The translations under genes were made by a program, and so were the position numbers. The notes beneath the pieces were generated by a model that had not been told where the DNA came from, searched no databases, and saw nothing but the letters and a program-made list of their open reading frames with translations. Shown piece by piece: positions 1 through 9,943 of a stretch of DNA of 20,000 nt; within the stretch, counting starts at the first letter, position 1, and the number at the start of each line of letters is the position of its first letter. Source of the stretch: Thraustochytrium aureum (lineage: Eukaryota); NCBI GenBank assembly GCA_012862495.1, contig BLSG01000089.1, forward strand, positions 118,267 through 138,266, given 5' to 3'.

Positions 1-423
1 CTCACAGGCTGGCTCATTATCTGTTCTGGTTTTCGCTCGAGGGCCGACAGGCGCACGGCGTGCCGAGGAGTCGGATTCGCCCTGCGCCAACCTTGCGCCG
101 ACCGCTTTCACAGCGAGGTGCTCGCTCCACCATCACGATCGAGGATCCGTCCTTGCGGGCTCCCGAGCCGCCGGTCCCTTTCTCGCTGGTGAATCGAGCG
201 AGGAGGTGGATAGATACTGGTCTTGCTGATGCCGACGAGCTGGCGCGAGGCGTATCTGCAGGCGTAGCTGTCCCAGCAAGCGGAACGGTGTGCGCTCACC
301 CTGCCTTTGAGCGTGTGGCTGTGCTTTGGAATCGGAAGCCGCGAGCAGCGGAGCAGCAGTTCCCCATTGACTCCTGGATCGTCGAGTTGTCGAGCTGCAG
401 GCCCCGGAGGGCCAGCGAGCGAG

Positions 424-1989
424 ATGGCGGACACGGCGGCGAAAGCGAAGCCGAAAAAGGCCAAGTTGAAGGTGCACAGGATGAGCATGACGAGCCGGCT
501 GTACGCGCACATGCTGCTTCGTGGAGACCACAAGATGGGCACCTGGGTGACCGGGTTTCTCTGGTTCAAGCAGCACGGCGGCGAGCCCATGGTGCGCAAG
601 ATCGTCGAAGAACGCCTCCTCGAGATCCCGCGGTTTCGCTCGCGGCTCGAAGTCAAGGGCAGCCGGGAGCGGTTCGTGGAGCTGCCGCGAGAGGAGATCG
701 ACCTCTCGTACCACATCAAGATCGTCAACGAGCAACACACGGCGCAGCAGGTGCAGGACGACTGGGTGGGCAACATTTACAAGAACTTTGACGTCGATTT
801 CAGCAAGCCGCTGTGGCAGTTCACGTTCTTCCCCAACATGGCCGACGGGCGAGCCCTACTCCTCACCAACATCGCCCACTGCGTAGGCGACGGCGTGTCC
901 CAGGTGGAGGTCCTTTTCCGCCTCCTGGACAAGCAAGACCAGAAGCCCGAACTGCATCCGAAGTTTGGCATCGAGCGCAACGACAGCGAACGGCCCAGCC
1001 CGCAAGCGGGCCAAGCCGGGAGCGAAGACGCCGCGGAGGACCCCACCAAGCTCGCTACGGAGAACGCCCCGGCGATTGCGAACGCCGACGCTGCGCTGCG
1101 ACCGCCGCCAAAGCGCAAGACCAAGCCCACGTTTGGCCCTCTCAACAAGGCCCGCATCGCGATGGGCGGCGTGGCCGGCGCGCTGACCGCCGTGTTCGGG
1201 ACGCCCGACACGGCCAACGCCCTCATGCGCGCCGATATCCGCAAGCCCTCCGTGGAGAAGAGCACCGCGTTCACGGCGACCGTGCCGCTGGACAAGGTGA
1301 AGGAGCTCAAGCAAAAGTACTTTGGGGCCACCGTGAACGACATCTTGGTGGCAACGCTCACCATGACTCTGCACTCTTACCTCAAGTCGACCGAGGGAAA
1401 CGAGCGTGTTTTGAGCGGCAAGGGCAAACTCCGCGCAGGCTTCCCGATCAACACGCGCAAGGCCGGGAGCGACCCGTTCCGCGACGGGTCGCCGCACAAC
1501 GAGCTCGCCCTCGGCACGGTGCGATTCCCGCTAAAGTACGCTTCGCGAACGGCGCTCGTGTACAAGGTCAAGCGAAGGCTGGACAAGATCAAGTTGAGCC
1601 CCGAGCCGTTCGTGCAGCAGCGGCTCGGAAACGCGCTGATCAGTATGCTGCCCAAGAAGATGGCCGGCGACATTTTCCAAAAGTTCAGCGACCAGACCAC
1701 GGGGATGCTCTCCAACGTCGCCAGCGCCCAGCGGCCCGTGCACCTCGCGGGCTACGAGGTGGATGATATGCAGTTCCTCATCTACGGCTCAATGGGGCTC
1801 TACCTGGGGTTGCTCAGCTACAACGGGAGCGTGTCGTGTGGGATCTGCCTTGACAAAGCGCTTGGCGATGCCGCCGAGCTCGCCAAGCACTGGAAGGTTG
1901 AGTTTGACAAGCTATATGAGGAGACGATGGCCATCGAAGGCATGGTGCCGCGCCCTTCCAAGGTCGCCACTTTCCTGGACGCGCTCTGA
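424..1989 (+). CDS. Wax ester synthase/diacylglycerol acyltransferase (WS/DGAT, WSD1-like), ~521 aa
   Basis: First ATG at 424 within ORF 307-1989. Family-like segments: IPRFRSRL, IDLSYHI, DFSKPLWQF, active-site-like NIAHCVGDGVS (HHxxxDG variant, 874-894), GATVNDILVA, LSNV, LGLLSYNGSVSCGICLD. Confidence 0.85.
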   Translation: MADTAAKAKPKKAKLKVHRMSMTSRLYAHMLLRGDHKMGTWVTGFLWFKQHGGEPMVRKIVEERLLEIPRFRSRLEVKGSRERFVELPREEIDLSYHIKIVNEQHTAQQVQDDWVGNIYKNFDVDFSKPLWQFTFFPNMADGRALLLTNIAHCVGDGVSQVEVLFRLLDKQDQKPELHPKFGIERNDSERPSPQAGQAGSEDAAEDPTKLATENAPAIANADAALRPPPKRKTKPTFGPLNKARIAMGGVAGALTAVFGTPDTANALMRADIRKPSVEKSTAFTATVPLDKVKELKQKYFGATVNDILVATLTMTLHSYLKSTEGNERVLSGKGKLRAGFPINTRKAGSDPFRDGSPHNELALGTVRFPLKYASRTALVYKVKRRLDKIKLSPEPFVQQRLGNALISMLPKKMAGDIFQKFSDQTTGMLSNVASAQRPVHLAGYEVDDMQFLIYGSMGLYLGLLSYNGSVSCGICLDKALGDAAELAKHWKVEFDKLYEETMAIEGMVPRPSKVATFLDAL

Positions 1990-2197
1990 GGGACGCGCGA
2001 GCCGCGCTGGCGCGGCGCGCCACGTCCAGTCTGTATCCGTATTTGCGCGTCGAGTAGGTAGTATGCGGCCAAGCCATACATAATCAGTTCGTTCCGTTCA
2101 GGCCAGCCCGCGCAAGCCGTCCTTGCCATCATCGCGGACGCTCCAGTTGTTGTGGCGCGCCGGACCACGGAGAGTTGAAGCCCCCACCGCGTTCATT

Positions 2198-2321
2198 GGC
2201 AAGCAAACGTCGAGCACCAACCGATCAGTCAAGCGCAGGCAAGCAAACGTCGAGCACCAACCGATCAGTCAAGCGCAGGCAAGCAAACGTCGAGCACCAA
2301 CCGATCAGTCAAGCGCAGGCA
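2198..2321. repeat. Perfect 40-bp tandem repeat, ~3 copies (GGCAAGCAAACGTCGAGCACCAACCGATCAGTCAAGCGCA)
   Basis: Identical units start at 2198, 2238 and 2278, with no spacers. Confidence 0.95.
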
Positions 2322-2617
2322 GCATGCGCAGCGCGGCCCATTAACATTCCATTCATCCATGCAATCGCCATTGGCGCCACCGTTAGAAAACAGCGGCGGC
2401 GGCCCAGTCGCCCCGCTCCCTCAAAAAGTGGAACCTCCACCGCCCCCCTCATCAGCGCCTCGGGAGACCGCCCTCCAACACCAAGCTGCGGCATCGCTCT
2501 TTTGGCACTTTTACGGCGCAAAGGACCACAAAGTGGAGCCCATTCTCCGGATGGCGCCGATTTTGACGACCCGGGACTCGACCAGACCACGATCGAAGCC
2601 GGTCAAGTGCGCGCGAG

Positions 2618-2688
2618 GGCAGGCAGGCAGGCAGGCAGGCAGGCAGGTGTCGTGCGTGCGTGAGAGCGAGCGAGCGAGCGAGCGAGCG
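2618..2688. repeat. Compound microsatellite (GGCA)~7 followed by (GAGC)~6, upstream of CDC27
   Basis: Directly visible tetranucleotide runs at 2618-2647 and 2664-2688. Confidence 0.9.
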
Positions 2689-2861
2689 TAGGCGTTTGAG
2701 CTCGTGCATGTGCGCGTGGCGGCGCGCGCGTTCAGAGGGCGTGCGAAGGTGCCGCGGTTCGCTCACGCGCCAAGGGCGTCGAAGGCCTCGCGAAACCGGC
2801 CTGGCCCGAACCGCTCTCGCGGGCGCCGCTCGTTGACAGGCGCTGGTGGACGCGCGGGGTT

Positions 2862-5361
2862 ATGACGCTGGTGGCGGCGCCGCCCTTGGGGAGGGCGGCG
2901 GCGGGCGGGATGGGCAAGGCGTGGCGGGACGCGACCGAGGAGACGCTCAGGACGCTCGTGGAGCGGTACCTGGGCCTCGGCCTGCAGAAAAACGCGGCGT
3001 TTCTTGCCGAGCGGCTGTATGCCATTGACGCACGGCCAGGCAACCTGTTCCTTCTGGCGACCTGCTACGTGCGCTTGGGCGAGCCGCACCGGGCGTACAA
3101 GGTGCTCGCCAAGGACATGGAGGTCCAGGTCGACGGCGTTCACGCCGACGAGGCCGCGGCCGCGACCAACGCGCAGTTGCGCTACCTTATGGCGCAGTGC
3201 TGCTGTGCCCTTGGCAAGCTGCGCGAGGCCGAGGCCGCCCTGCTGCACGGGACGAGCCTCGGCGTTCACGGGCCCCAAAAGTGCATCGAGCAAGTTCTCA
3301 ACGATTGCAGAGTCCCGAACGGAGCTGCTGGCCTCTACTTGCTGGGGCAGATCTGCGCGCGGGACAACCGCCGCGACCACGCCATCACCTACTTTGCGCT
3401 CGCCCTGAAGCTCGACCCCTTCCTTTGGGACGCGTACGAACAGCTCTGCCACCTGGGCGTCGAGATCGCGCCGACCGCATTTTTTGGCACGCCGCTTGAC
3501 CAAGGCGTGCTCGCTCTGCGCGCGGACGGCACGCTCCAAGTAGATCAGGCCGCCGCCGCCGCGTATGCGCAGGGGCGGCCGCGGCAGCCCGAGCAGCACA
3601 GCGACCTCCTGAACGAAGACGACGACGACATGGAAAACGCAGGCGCAATGCAGCAAGACCAAGACCTCGTGCTTAAGACCTCTCCAGCACCAGTCCCGGT
3701 CCCCGTCCCTCTCATGGCGCAGAATGGCCTTCTAGCGGAGGCCGCGCCAGCGTTTCGGTACGTCGGCGGTCTGCAAGCGTCATCCGCGGAAGCGCGAGGC
3801 TCGCGCCAGCGACGGGGCTCCAAGGACGAGAGGGCTGGTGGTGTGGCGATTCCCACCGGATTCGCGCTTACCTCGAGCGCCAAGTTCGAGTGGCCTTTCC
3901 CGAGGAAGGCAACGATGGAGGCCGCCGAGTTCGTCAGCATGGACGTCGCAGAGCAGGCCCGCGTCCTCGGCGCCGTGGACCTCGGCTCTTACGGGGCGGA
4001 GCCCGGCTCGGGCTCGGCCGGCGCGACAGCAGAGGTCGTCGACGGTTCGCAGNNNNNNNNNNNNNNNNNNNNNNNNNNNNNNNNNNNNNNNNNNNNNNNN
4101 NNNNNNNNNNNNNNNNNNNNNNNNNNNNNNNNNNNNNNNNNNNNNNNNNNNNNNNNNNNNNNNNNNNNNNNNNNNNNNNNNNNNNNNNNNNNNNNNNNNT
4201 GCGGGCGGAGACCACCTGAGCGACGAAGGCGGCGATGCGGCGGGCGAAGGCGCCGACCGCAGTGGCGCAGGGCTGTGGCGCAGCGGTCGGGTCGGCGGCG
4301 TCGTTGCCGGGGGTATGCGCCGAGGCGAGCTGACGCTGGACGCCGTTGTGGGGTCAATGTGCGTCCTGGACCTGCTGCGGCAGCTCGGGGAGGGCGTGCT
4401 GTTGCTGAGCCAATACAGGTGCTCTGAGGCCCTTGATGCGTTTGACGCGCTTCCCATGGAGCAGCAGGAGACGGGGTGGGTGGCGCACCAGAAAGGCAAG
4501 GCCTGCTTTGAGATGGCCGACTACCGGCGCGGCAAGACCGAGTTTAGCAAGATGCGCGAGTACGCGCCAGGCCGCACGGCAGGTCTCGAGGTGTACTCGA
4601 CCAACCTGTGGCACCTCAAGGAGGAGGTCGAGCTGTGCTATCTAGCGCAGCACGCGCTCGAGCTGGACAAGCGCTCCCCCGAGTCCTGGTGCGCGATCGG
4701 CAACTGCTTCTCGCTGCAAAAGGAGCACGACGTGGCGATCAAGTTCTTTCAGCGCGCGCTGCAGATCAACCCGCTGTTCACCTATGCGTACACGCTGAGC
4801 GGGCACGAGTACGTCTCGAACGAGGACTTTGAGAAGGCCGTGGCCTGTTACCGGCACGCGATCCGCACCGACGCGCGCCACTACAACGCCTGGTACGGCC
4901 TCGGTACGATCTACTACCGCCAGGAAAAGTACGACCTCGCCGAGTACCACTTTCGCCGCGCCATCTCGATCAATCCGCGTTCCTCCGTGCTCTACTGCTA
5001 CCTGGGCATGGTGCTGCACGCGAGCCAAAAGTGCGAAGAGTCGCTCAACGTGCTGCAGCGAGCCAGCGACCTCGAGCCCTCAAACCCGCAAGCAAAGTTT
5101 CAGCGTGCGCTCGTCCTCCGCACCATGGAGTGCTACGAGGCGGCGCTCGAGGAGCTCGAGTGCGTCAAAAACTTTGCGCCGCGCGAGTCGAGCGTGCACT
5201 TTCTCATCGGCAAGATCTGCAAGCAGCTCGGTCGCAAGGAGGAGGCCATGCTGGCCTTCACCACCGCGCTCGACCTTGACCCGAAGGACTCTAACATGAT
5301 CAAGCTCGCCATTGACAAGCTCGACAATCCCAACGATATCGACGACCCTGACGGCCTGTGA
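2862..5361 (+). CDS. CDC27: Anaphase-promoting complex subunit 3 / CDC27 (TPR protein), interrupted by N gap 4053-4199; start 2862 or 2910
   Basis: N-terminal APC3-like segment (NAAFLAERLYA...LFLLATCY...ALKLDPFLWDAYEQLCHLG) in ORF 2862. After the gap, a CDC27 TPR array in another frame (GLEVYSTNLWHLKEEVEL, SPESWCAIGNCFSLQKEHDVAIKFFQRALQ, YAYTLSGHEY, RHYNAWYGLG) ends at TGA 5361. The frame offset falls within the estimated gap. Confidence 0.95.
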
Positions 5362-5540
5362 GAGGTCGCGTGGACGATCGACTGGGCCTTCGCGCGCCGA
5401 GACGGAGGGGACAGCGCGTGTTGGTGCCGCCGCCACTTTATTCGTTTCGAGACGCGCCGGCAGCCGGGGAACGCTGGAAATCTGCAAGTATATTGGCGCG
5501 CTCCCGCAGCTCTGGGGCCGTACGCCGCGACGCGTGTTTG

Positions 5541-5712
5541 TTGGATTGGGGAAACCATTTTTAACAAATCTCTTTGTGCAGTGGCAGTCGCTGTCGATCA
5601 ACGTGTGCTCTGGAGCGGCGCGCCTCGTCGCGTGGTAGCTTGGATTAGGGAAACCATTTTCAAAAACTCGCTTTGTGCATTGACAGTCGCGGTTACTCCA
5701 CGTGCATCAGGT
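5541..5712. repeat. Diverged direct repeat, period 99 bp, 2 copies
   Basis: 5541-5605 vs 5640-5704 match at 53/65 positions by manual ungapped alignment (TTGGATTRGGGAAACCATTTT...CTTTGTGCA...CAGTCGC...ACGTG). Confidence 0.85.
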
Positions 5713-5920
5713 CGCGTTCGACTAAGTAGTTGCCTGTGGAAAAGGATCAAGAAGGGTGGGCGTAAGACGAAGAAAAAGGAAAAAAACGCACGGAAAGTTG
5801 GCCGGCGACCCAGGCCAGCGTCGCTGTCGAAAAGGCACCCCGACGCGCAAGCGGCGAAATCCGCGCGCCAGAACTTGGAGCTTGTGGCTGCGTCAACCCC
5901 GTGCAGGCCCCCAGCCCGTT

Positions 5921-6170
5921 TCACTTGCTCCCGCCGACCACGGACGCCACCGCGTCGACCACGAACGGCGCCACCCTAATCACGGCAAAGTACCTGCGCC
6001 CCAGCCCCGTCAGCGCGACGCACGCACCGTGTGCCCGCAGCCCGCGGCCCAGCAACCTCTACAGCAAGCCCAAGCAAGCGAAGCAAACCAACTTACACCG
6101 CCATGTACGTCGCCTTGGTCTTCAGGTCCTGCGTGAACGCCTCGACGTCGATCTGCGGCTGCATCATCAT
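5921..6170 (-). CDS. TOM5: Two-exon 48-aa single-TM microprotein, probable mitochondrial TOM complex small subunit (animal/fungal Tom5, plant Tom6 type); exons 6170-6097 and 5993-5921
   Basis: 103-nt intron with GTAAGT donor (6096-6091), CTGAC branch site (6013-6009) and GCAG acceptor (ends 5994). The spliced product is MMMQPQIDVEAFTQDLKTKATYMAVYFAVIRVAPFVVDAVASVVGGSK*. Its YFAVIRVAPFVV segment resembles recalled human TOMM5 YVALLRVTPFIL and Arabidopsis TOM6 WVVIIRAAPYVL. Confidence 0.75.
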
Positions 6171-6406
6171 TCTTCCCCGGAGCAAGCGGCTCGGCCGGCG
6201 ATCGAGTGCAACGCTGTCCTGCAAGAGCGAGCAGAGCCCAGCAAAGTAAGTGCCCGAGTAAGCACAGACAAACGCAGGCGCAGCGCAGCTCCAACTCGTC
6301 CTCCTGGCAGGCGCGACTCTGCCTCGCGTCCGTCTCTCGCGCCACTCGCTGCCCTGCATTAATCGATCCACGCCCCTCAAAATCGATTGAACCCGTTTCC
6401 GGATCA

Positions 6407-6630
6407 GTTAGGGTAGACCGCCCAACTACGCGCACAGCCGCGCAGGATGGGTTAGGGTTCCACCGCGGATTCCACTGGAGCCGCGGCACCTCGCCGAACG
6501 CGCACCACCGCGGGCTCGAAGCGTATTCCGCAGCAGTTAGGGCAGCGGCTGCGTAAAGGAGAGTAAGCACGCGCTTTCGGTTAGGGCGGCGAAGGAGATT
6601 CCGCGGCGGCGATTCCGCCCTTCGATTCCG
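6407..6630. promoter_or_regulatory. Putative promoter motif cluster: 4x GTTAGGG (telo-box-like) and repeated (G)ATTCC(G)
   Basis: GTTAGGG at 6407, 6451, 6536 and 6580. GATTCCG at 6597, 6611 and 6624, plus GATTCC at 6468 and ATTCCG at 6525. The cluster lies 240-460 bp upstream of the Tom5-like ATG. Confidence 0.4.
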
Positions 6631-8063
6631 TGTTCGCGCGCGTGATGAAGCTGAGGTGCAATGTCACGAATCATGACAGTTCANNNNNNNNNNNNNNNNN
6701 NNNNNNNNNNNNNNNNNNNNNNNNNNNNNNNNNNNNNNNNNNNNNNNNNNNNNNNNNNNNNNNNNNNNNNNNNNNNNNNNNNNNNNNNNNNNNNNNNNNN
6801 NNNNNNNNNNNNNNNNNNNNNNNNNNNNNNNNNNNNNNNNNNNNNNNNNNNNNNNNNNNNNNNNNNNNNNNNNNNNNNNNNNNNNNNNNNNNNNNNNNNN
6901 NNNNNNNNNNNNNNNNNNNNNNNNNNNNNNNNNNNNNNNNNNNNNNNNNNNNNNNNNNNNNNNNNNNNNNNNNNNNNNNNNNNNNNNNNNNNNNNNNNNN
7001 NNNNNNNNNNNNNNNNNNNNNNNNNNNNNNNNNNNNNNNNNNNNNNNNNNNNNNNNNNNNNNNNNNNNNNNNNNNNNNNNNNNNNNNNNNNNNNNNNNNN
7101 NNNNNNNNNNNNNNNNNNNNNNNNNNNNNNNNNNNNNNNNNNNNNNNNNNNNNNNNNNNNNNNNNNNNNNNNNNNNNNNNNNNNNNNNNNNNNNNNNNNN
7201 NNNNNNNNNNNNNNNNNNNNNNNNNNNNNNNNNNNNNNNNNNNNNNNNNNNNNNNNNNNNNNNNNNNNNNNNNNNNNNNNNNNNNNNNNNNNNNNNNNNN
7301 NNNNNNNNNNNNNNNNNNNNNNNNNNNNNNNNNNNNNNNNNNNNNNNNNNNNNNNNNNNNNNNNNNNNNNNNNNNNNNNNNNNNNNNNNNNNNNNNNNNN
7401 NNNNNNNNNNNNNNNNNNNNNNNNNNNNNNNNNNNNNNNNNNNNNNNNNNNNNNNNNNNNNNNNNNNNNNNNNNNNNNNNNNNNNNNNNNNNNNNNNNNN
7501 NNNNNNNNNNNNNNNNNNNNNNNNNNNNNNNNNNNNNNNNNNNNNNNNNNNNNNNNNNNNNNNNNNNNNNNNNNNNNNNNNNNNNNNNNNNNNNNNNNNN
7601 NNNNNNNNNNNNNNNNNNNNNNNNNNNNNNNNNNNNNNNNNGCACAGCGCGCTCGCCCGCCACCCCTGAGCACTGGGCGCTCGCAAGCACACAGTTCTGT
7701 GACGGCGCGCCGGCGAAAGTACACTGGTCCCTTTCTGAGACCACGTCGGCCGCGCCCGAGGGCCCTGCCCGCCCCCCAACTGTCAGAGACTGGCCTCCAC
7801 ACTGCTGAGGAGTAGCTGGTCTCTGGGGGGGCGGCGCGGGCACGCTGTTGATTGCGAAGCTGCGCTATGTGCTCCGAGGTTGCGCTGTTGAGCGCGCGCC
7901 GGAGCCCTCCCCGCCAAAAGAACGAGACCAACTGCCCAACGCGGGTCGCAACAGGGCCGCGCAACAGCATGGCGTCTCATTGTTCTGGCCTAATTAGAAA
8001 GCATATACACGGCACACGACGCGCTATTGCTCGGCCCCACTCGTGTGGCGCTCCCCAACGCCT

Positions 8064-9517
8064 CTAGTACGAAATCAGCTCAAAGCTGCCCGGGTCGTCC
8101 AGCAACGCTCGCAAAAGCATGTTGGTTGTCGAGTGCCCCGGGCGGCTCGCCTCGAACCTGGCGTCCAGCACGCCCCACTGGCTAAAGCAGAGCGAGAGGT
8201 CCCCAAGGCAATCAAGCGCCTTGTGCCGCGCCCACTCGTCCTCGAATCGCAGCCCGCCGGGGTTGAGCGCGTTCGGCGTCCCGTCGCCGCGAAAGACGAC
8301 GCAGTTGGCCAGCGTGCCGCCAAGGCCCAAGCCAGAAGCGCGCAAGCGCGCCACGTCCTCCTCAAAGGCAAAGGTCCGCGCGCTCGCAATCTCGTCCAAA
8401 AACCACCGGCACGGACTGTCGGCGTACCTGTGCACCCACTGGATGGGCTCAGGCGCGGCAAGCGGCCCCCNNNNNNNNNNNNNNNNNNNNNNNNNNNNNN
8501 NNNNNNNNNNNNNNNNNNNNNNNNNNNNNNNNNNNNNNNNNNNNNNNNNNNNNNNNNNNNNNNNNNNNNNNNNNNNNNNNNNNNNNNNNNNNNNNNNNNN
8601 NNNNNNNNNNNNNNNNNNNNNNNNNNNNNNNNNNNNNNNNNNNNNNNNNNNNNNNNNNNNNNNNNNNNNNNNNNNNNNNNNNNNNNNNNNNNNNNNNNNN
8701 NNNNNNNNNNNNNNNNNNNNNNNNNNNNNNNNNNNNNNNNNNNNNNNNNNNNNNNNNNNNNNNNNNNNNNNNNNNNNNNNNNNNNNNNNNNNNNNNNNNN
8801 NNNNNNNNNNNNNNNNNNNNNNNNNNNNNNNNNNNNNNNNNNNNNNNNNNNNNNNNNNNNNNNNNNNNNNNNNNNNNNNNNNNNNNNNNNNNNNNNNNNN
8901 NNNNNNNNNNNNNNNNNNNNNNNNNNNNNNNNNNNNNNNNNNNNNNNNNNNNNNNNNNNNNNNNNNNNNNNNNNNNNNNNNNNNNNNNNNNNNNNNNNNN
9001 NNNNNNNNNNNNNNNNNNNNNNNNNNNNNNNNNNNNNNNNNNNNNNNNNNNNNNNNNNNNNNNNNNNNNNNNNNNNNNNNNNNNNNNNNNNNNNNNNNNN
9101 NNNNNNNNNNNNNNNNNNNNNNNNNNNNNNNNNNNNNNNNNNNNNNNNNNNNNNNNNNNNNNNNNNNNNNNNNNNNNNNNNNNNNNNNNNNNNNNNNNNN
9201 NNNNNNNNNNNNNNNNNNNNNNNNNNNNNNNNNNNNNNNNNNNNNNNNNNNNNNNNNNNNNNNNNNNNNNNNNNNNNNNNNNNNNNNNNNNNNNNNNNNN
9301 NNNNNNNNNNNNNNNNNNNNNNNNNNNNNNNNNNNNNNNNNNNNNNNNNNNNNNNNNNNNNNNNNNNNNNNNNNNNNNNNNNNNNNNNNNNNNNNNNNNN
9401 NNNNNNNNNNNNNNNNNNNNNGCCCAGCGTGCGGCACGCAGCTCCGCGTGCGAGGGCGGCAGTCGGCGCGCCGTGGCCAAGCGCCCATCTCGCCCAGGTC
9501 AGCCCGCGGAGCGCCAT
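8064..9517 (-). CDS. lpxC: UDP-3-O-acyl-N-acetylglucosamine deacetylase LpxC with probable mitochondrial presequence; middle lost in N gap 8471-9421
   Basis: The C-terminal part (8470-8064) has FLDEIASARTFAF, GLGLGGTLANCVV, LNPGGLRFEDEWARHKALDCLGDL (zinc-binding HKxxD at 8225-8211) and RPGH (catalytic His at 8135-8133). The N-terminal part from ATG 9517, MALRGLTWARWALGHGAPTAALARGAACRTLG, ends in RTL like the LpxC start motif QRTL. Confidence 0.88.
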
Positions 9518-9943
9518 TCCGCCTTCCGCGCCGCGCAGCGACCAAAAAACGCAGGGAAGCGACAGCAACCGGAGGGAAAAAACNCGCGCAGCGCGAGGGC
9601 ACCAACGGCGCAGACCCAACGCAGTCCCGCTGCGCTCCCCGCCCGCGCCGCGCTCTGCTCCGCTGCCTGCACGTCGTCGCCAGGAGCCACGGAAGCTCAG
9701 GTCAAGGGAATTCAAGACTAAAACGCGCCCAAGGTTATACGCAGTATTGAATTGCAAGACTACCTGGCCAGTCAAGAATTGCCAGTTGGATACGATGTTT
9801 CAATACCATGTATTGATTGAACTGTGTGTATTTAAATTGAATGTCAAGAGTTGAATAGGTGTGGGTGGCGTTTCAAGAGCTGAGGTGCCAAGAGTGTTCA
9901 ATTGAAAAATCAAGCATGGGGCAGGTAGGCGTTGACCGCGCAC

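Noticed and set aside
2198..2321. CRISPR array
   Set aside because: Units are contiguous with no unique spacers, no cas genes are present, and the context is eukaryotic.
2372..2560. MITE-like imperfect inverted repeat (GGCGCCACCGTTAGAA / TTCTCCGGATGGCGCC)
   Set aside because: Short, mismatched, built on a GC palindrome, with no target-site duplication.
4053..4199. Programmed frameshift or split CDC27
   Set aside because: The frame change lies inside an estimated N gap, so a gap-size error or an intron explains it.
5598..5600. Selenocysteine TGA in the 99-bp repeat frame
   Set aside because: It aligns with Gly (GGA), not Cys, in the other copy; there is no credible protein or SECIS evidence.
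6407..6586. Telomere or interstitial telomeric array
   Set aside because: The TTAGGG units are isolated and not tandem.
6630..7815. Long ORFs spanning N runs (also 8043-9854, 14048-14875, 17601-19661)
   Set aside because: These are artefacts of translating through Ns.
7642..7980. Possible gene start on minus strand (MLLRGPVATRVGQLVSFFWRGGLRR...)
   Set aside because: Presequence-like, but no recognisable domain, truncated by the gap and only ~95 bp downstream of the lpxC stop; cannot be supported.
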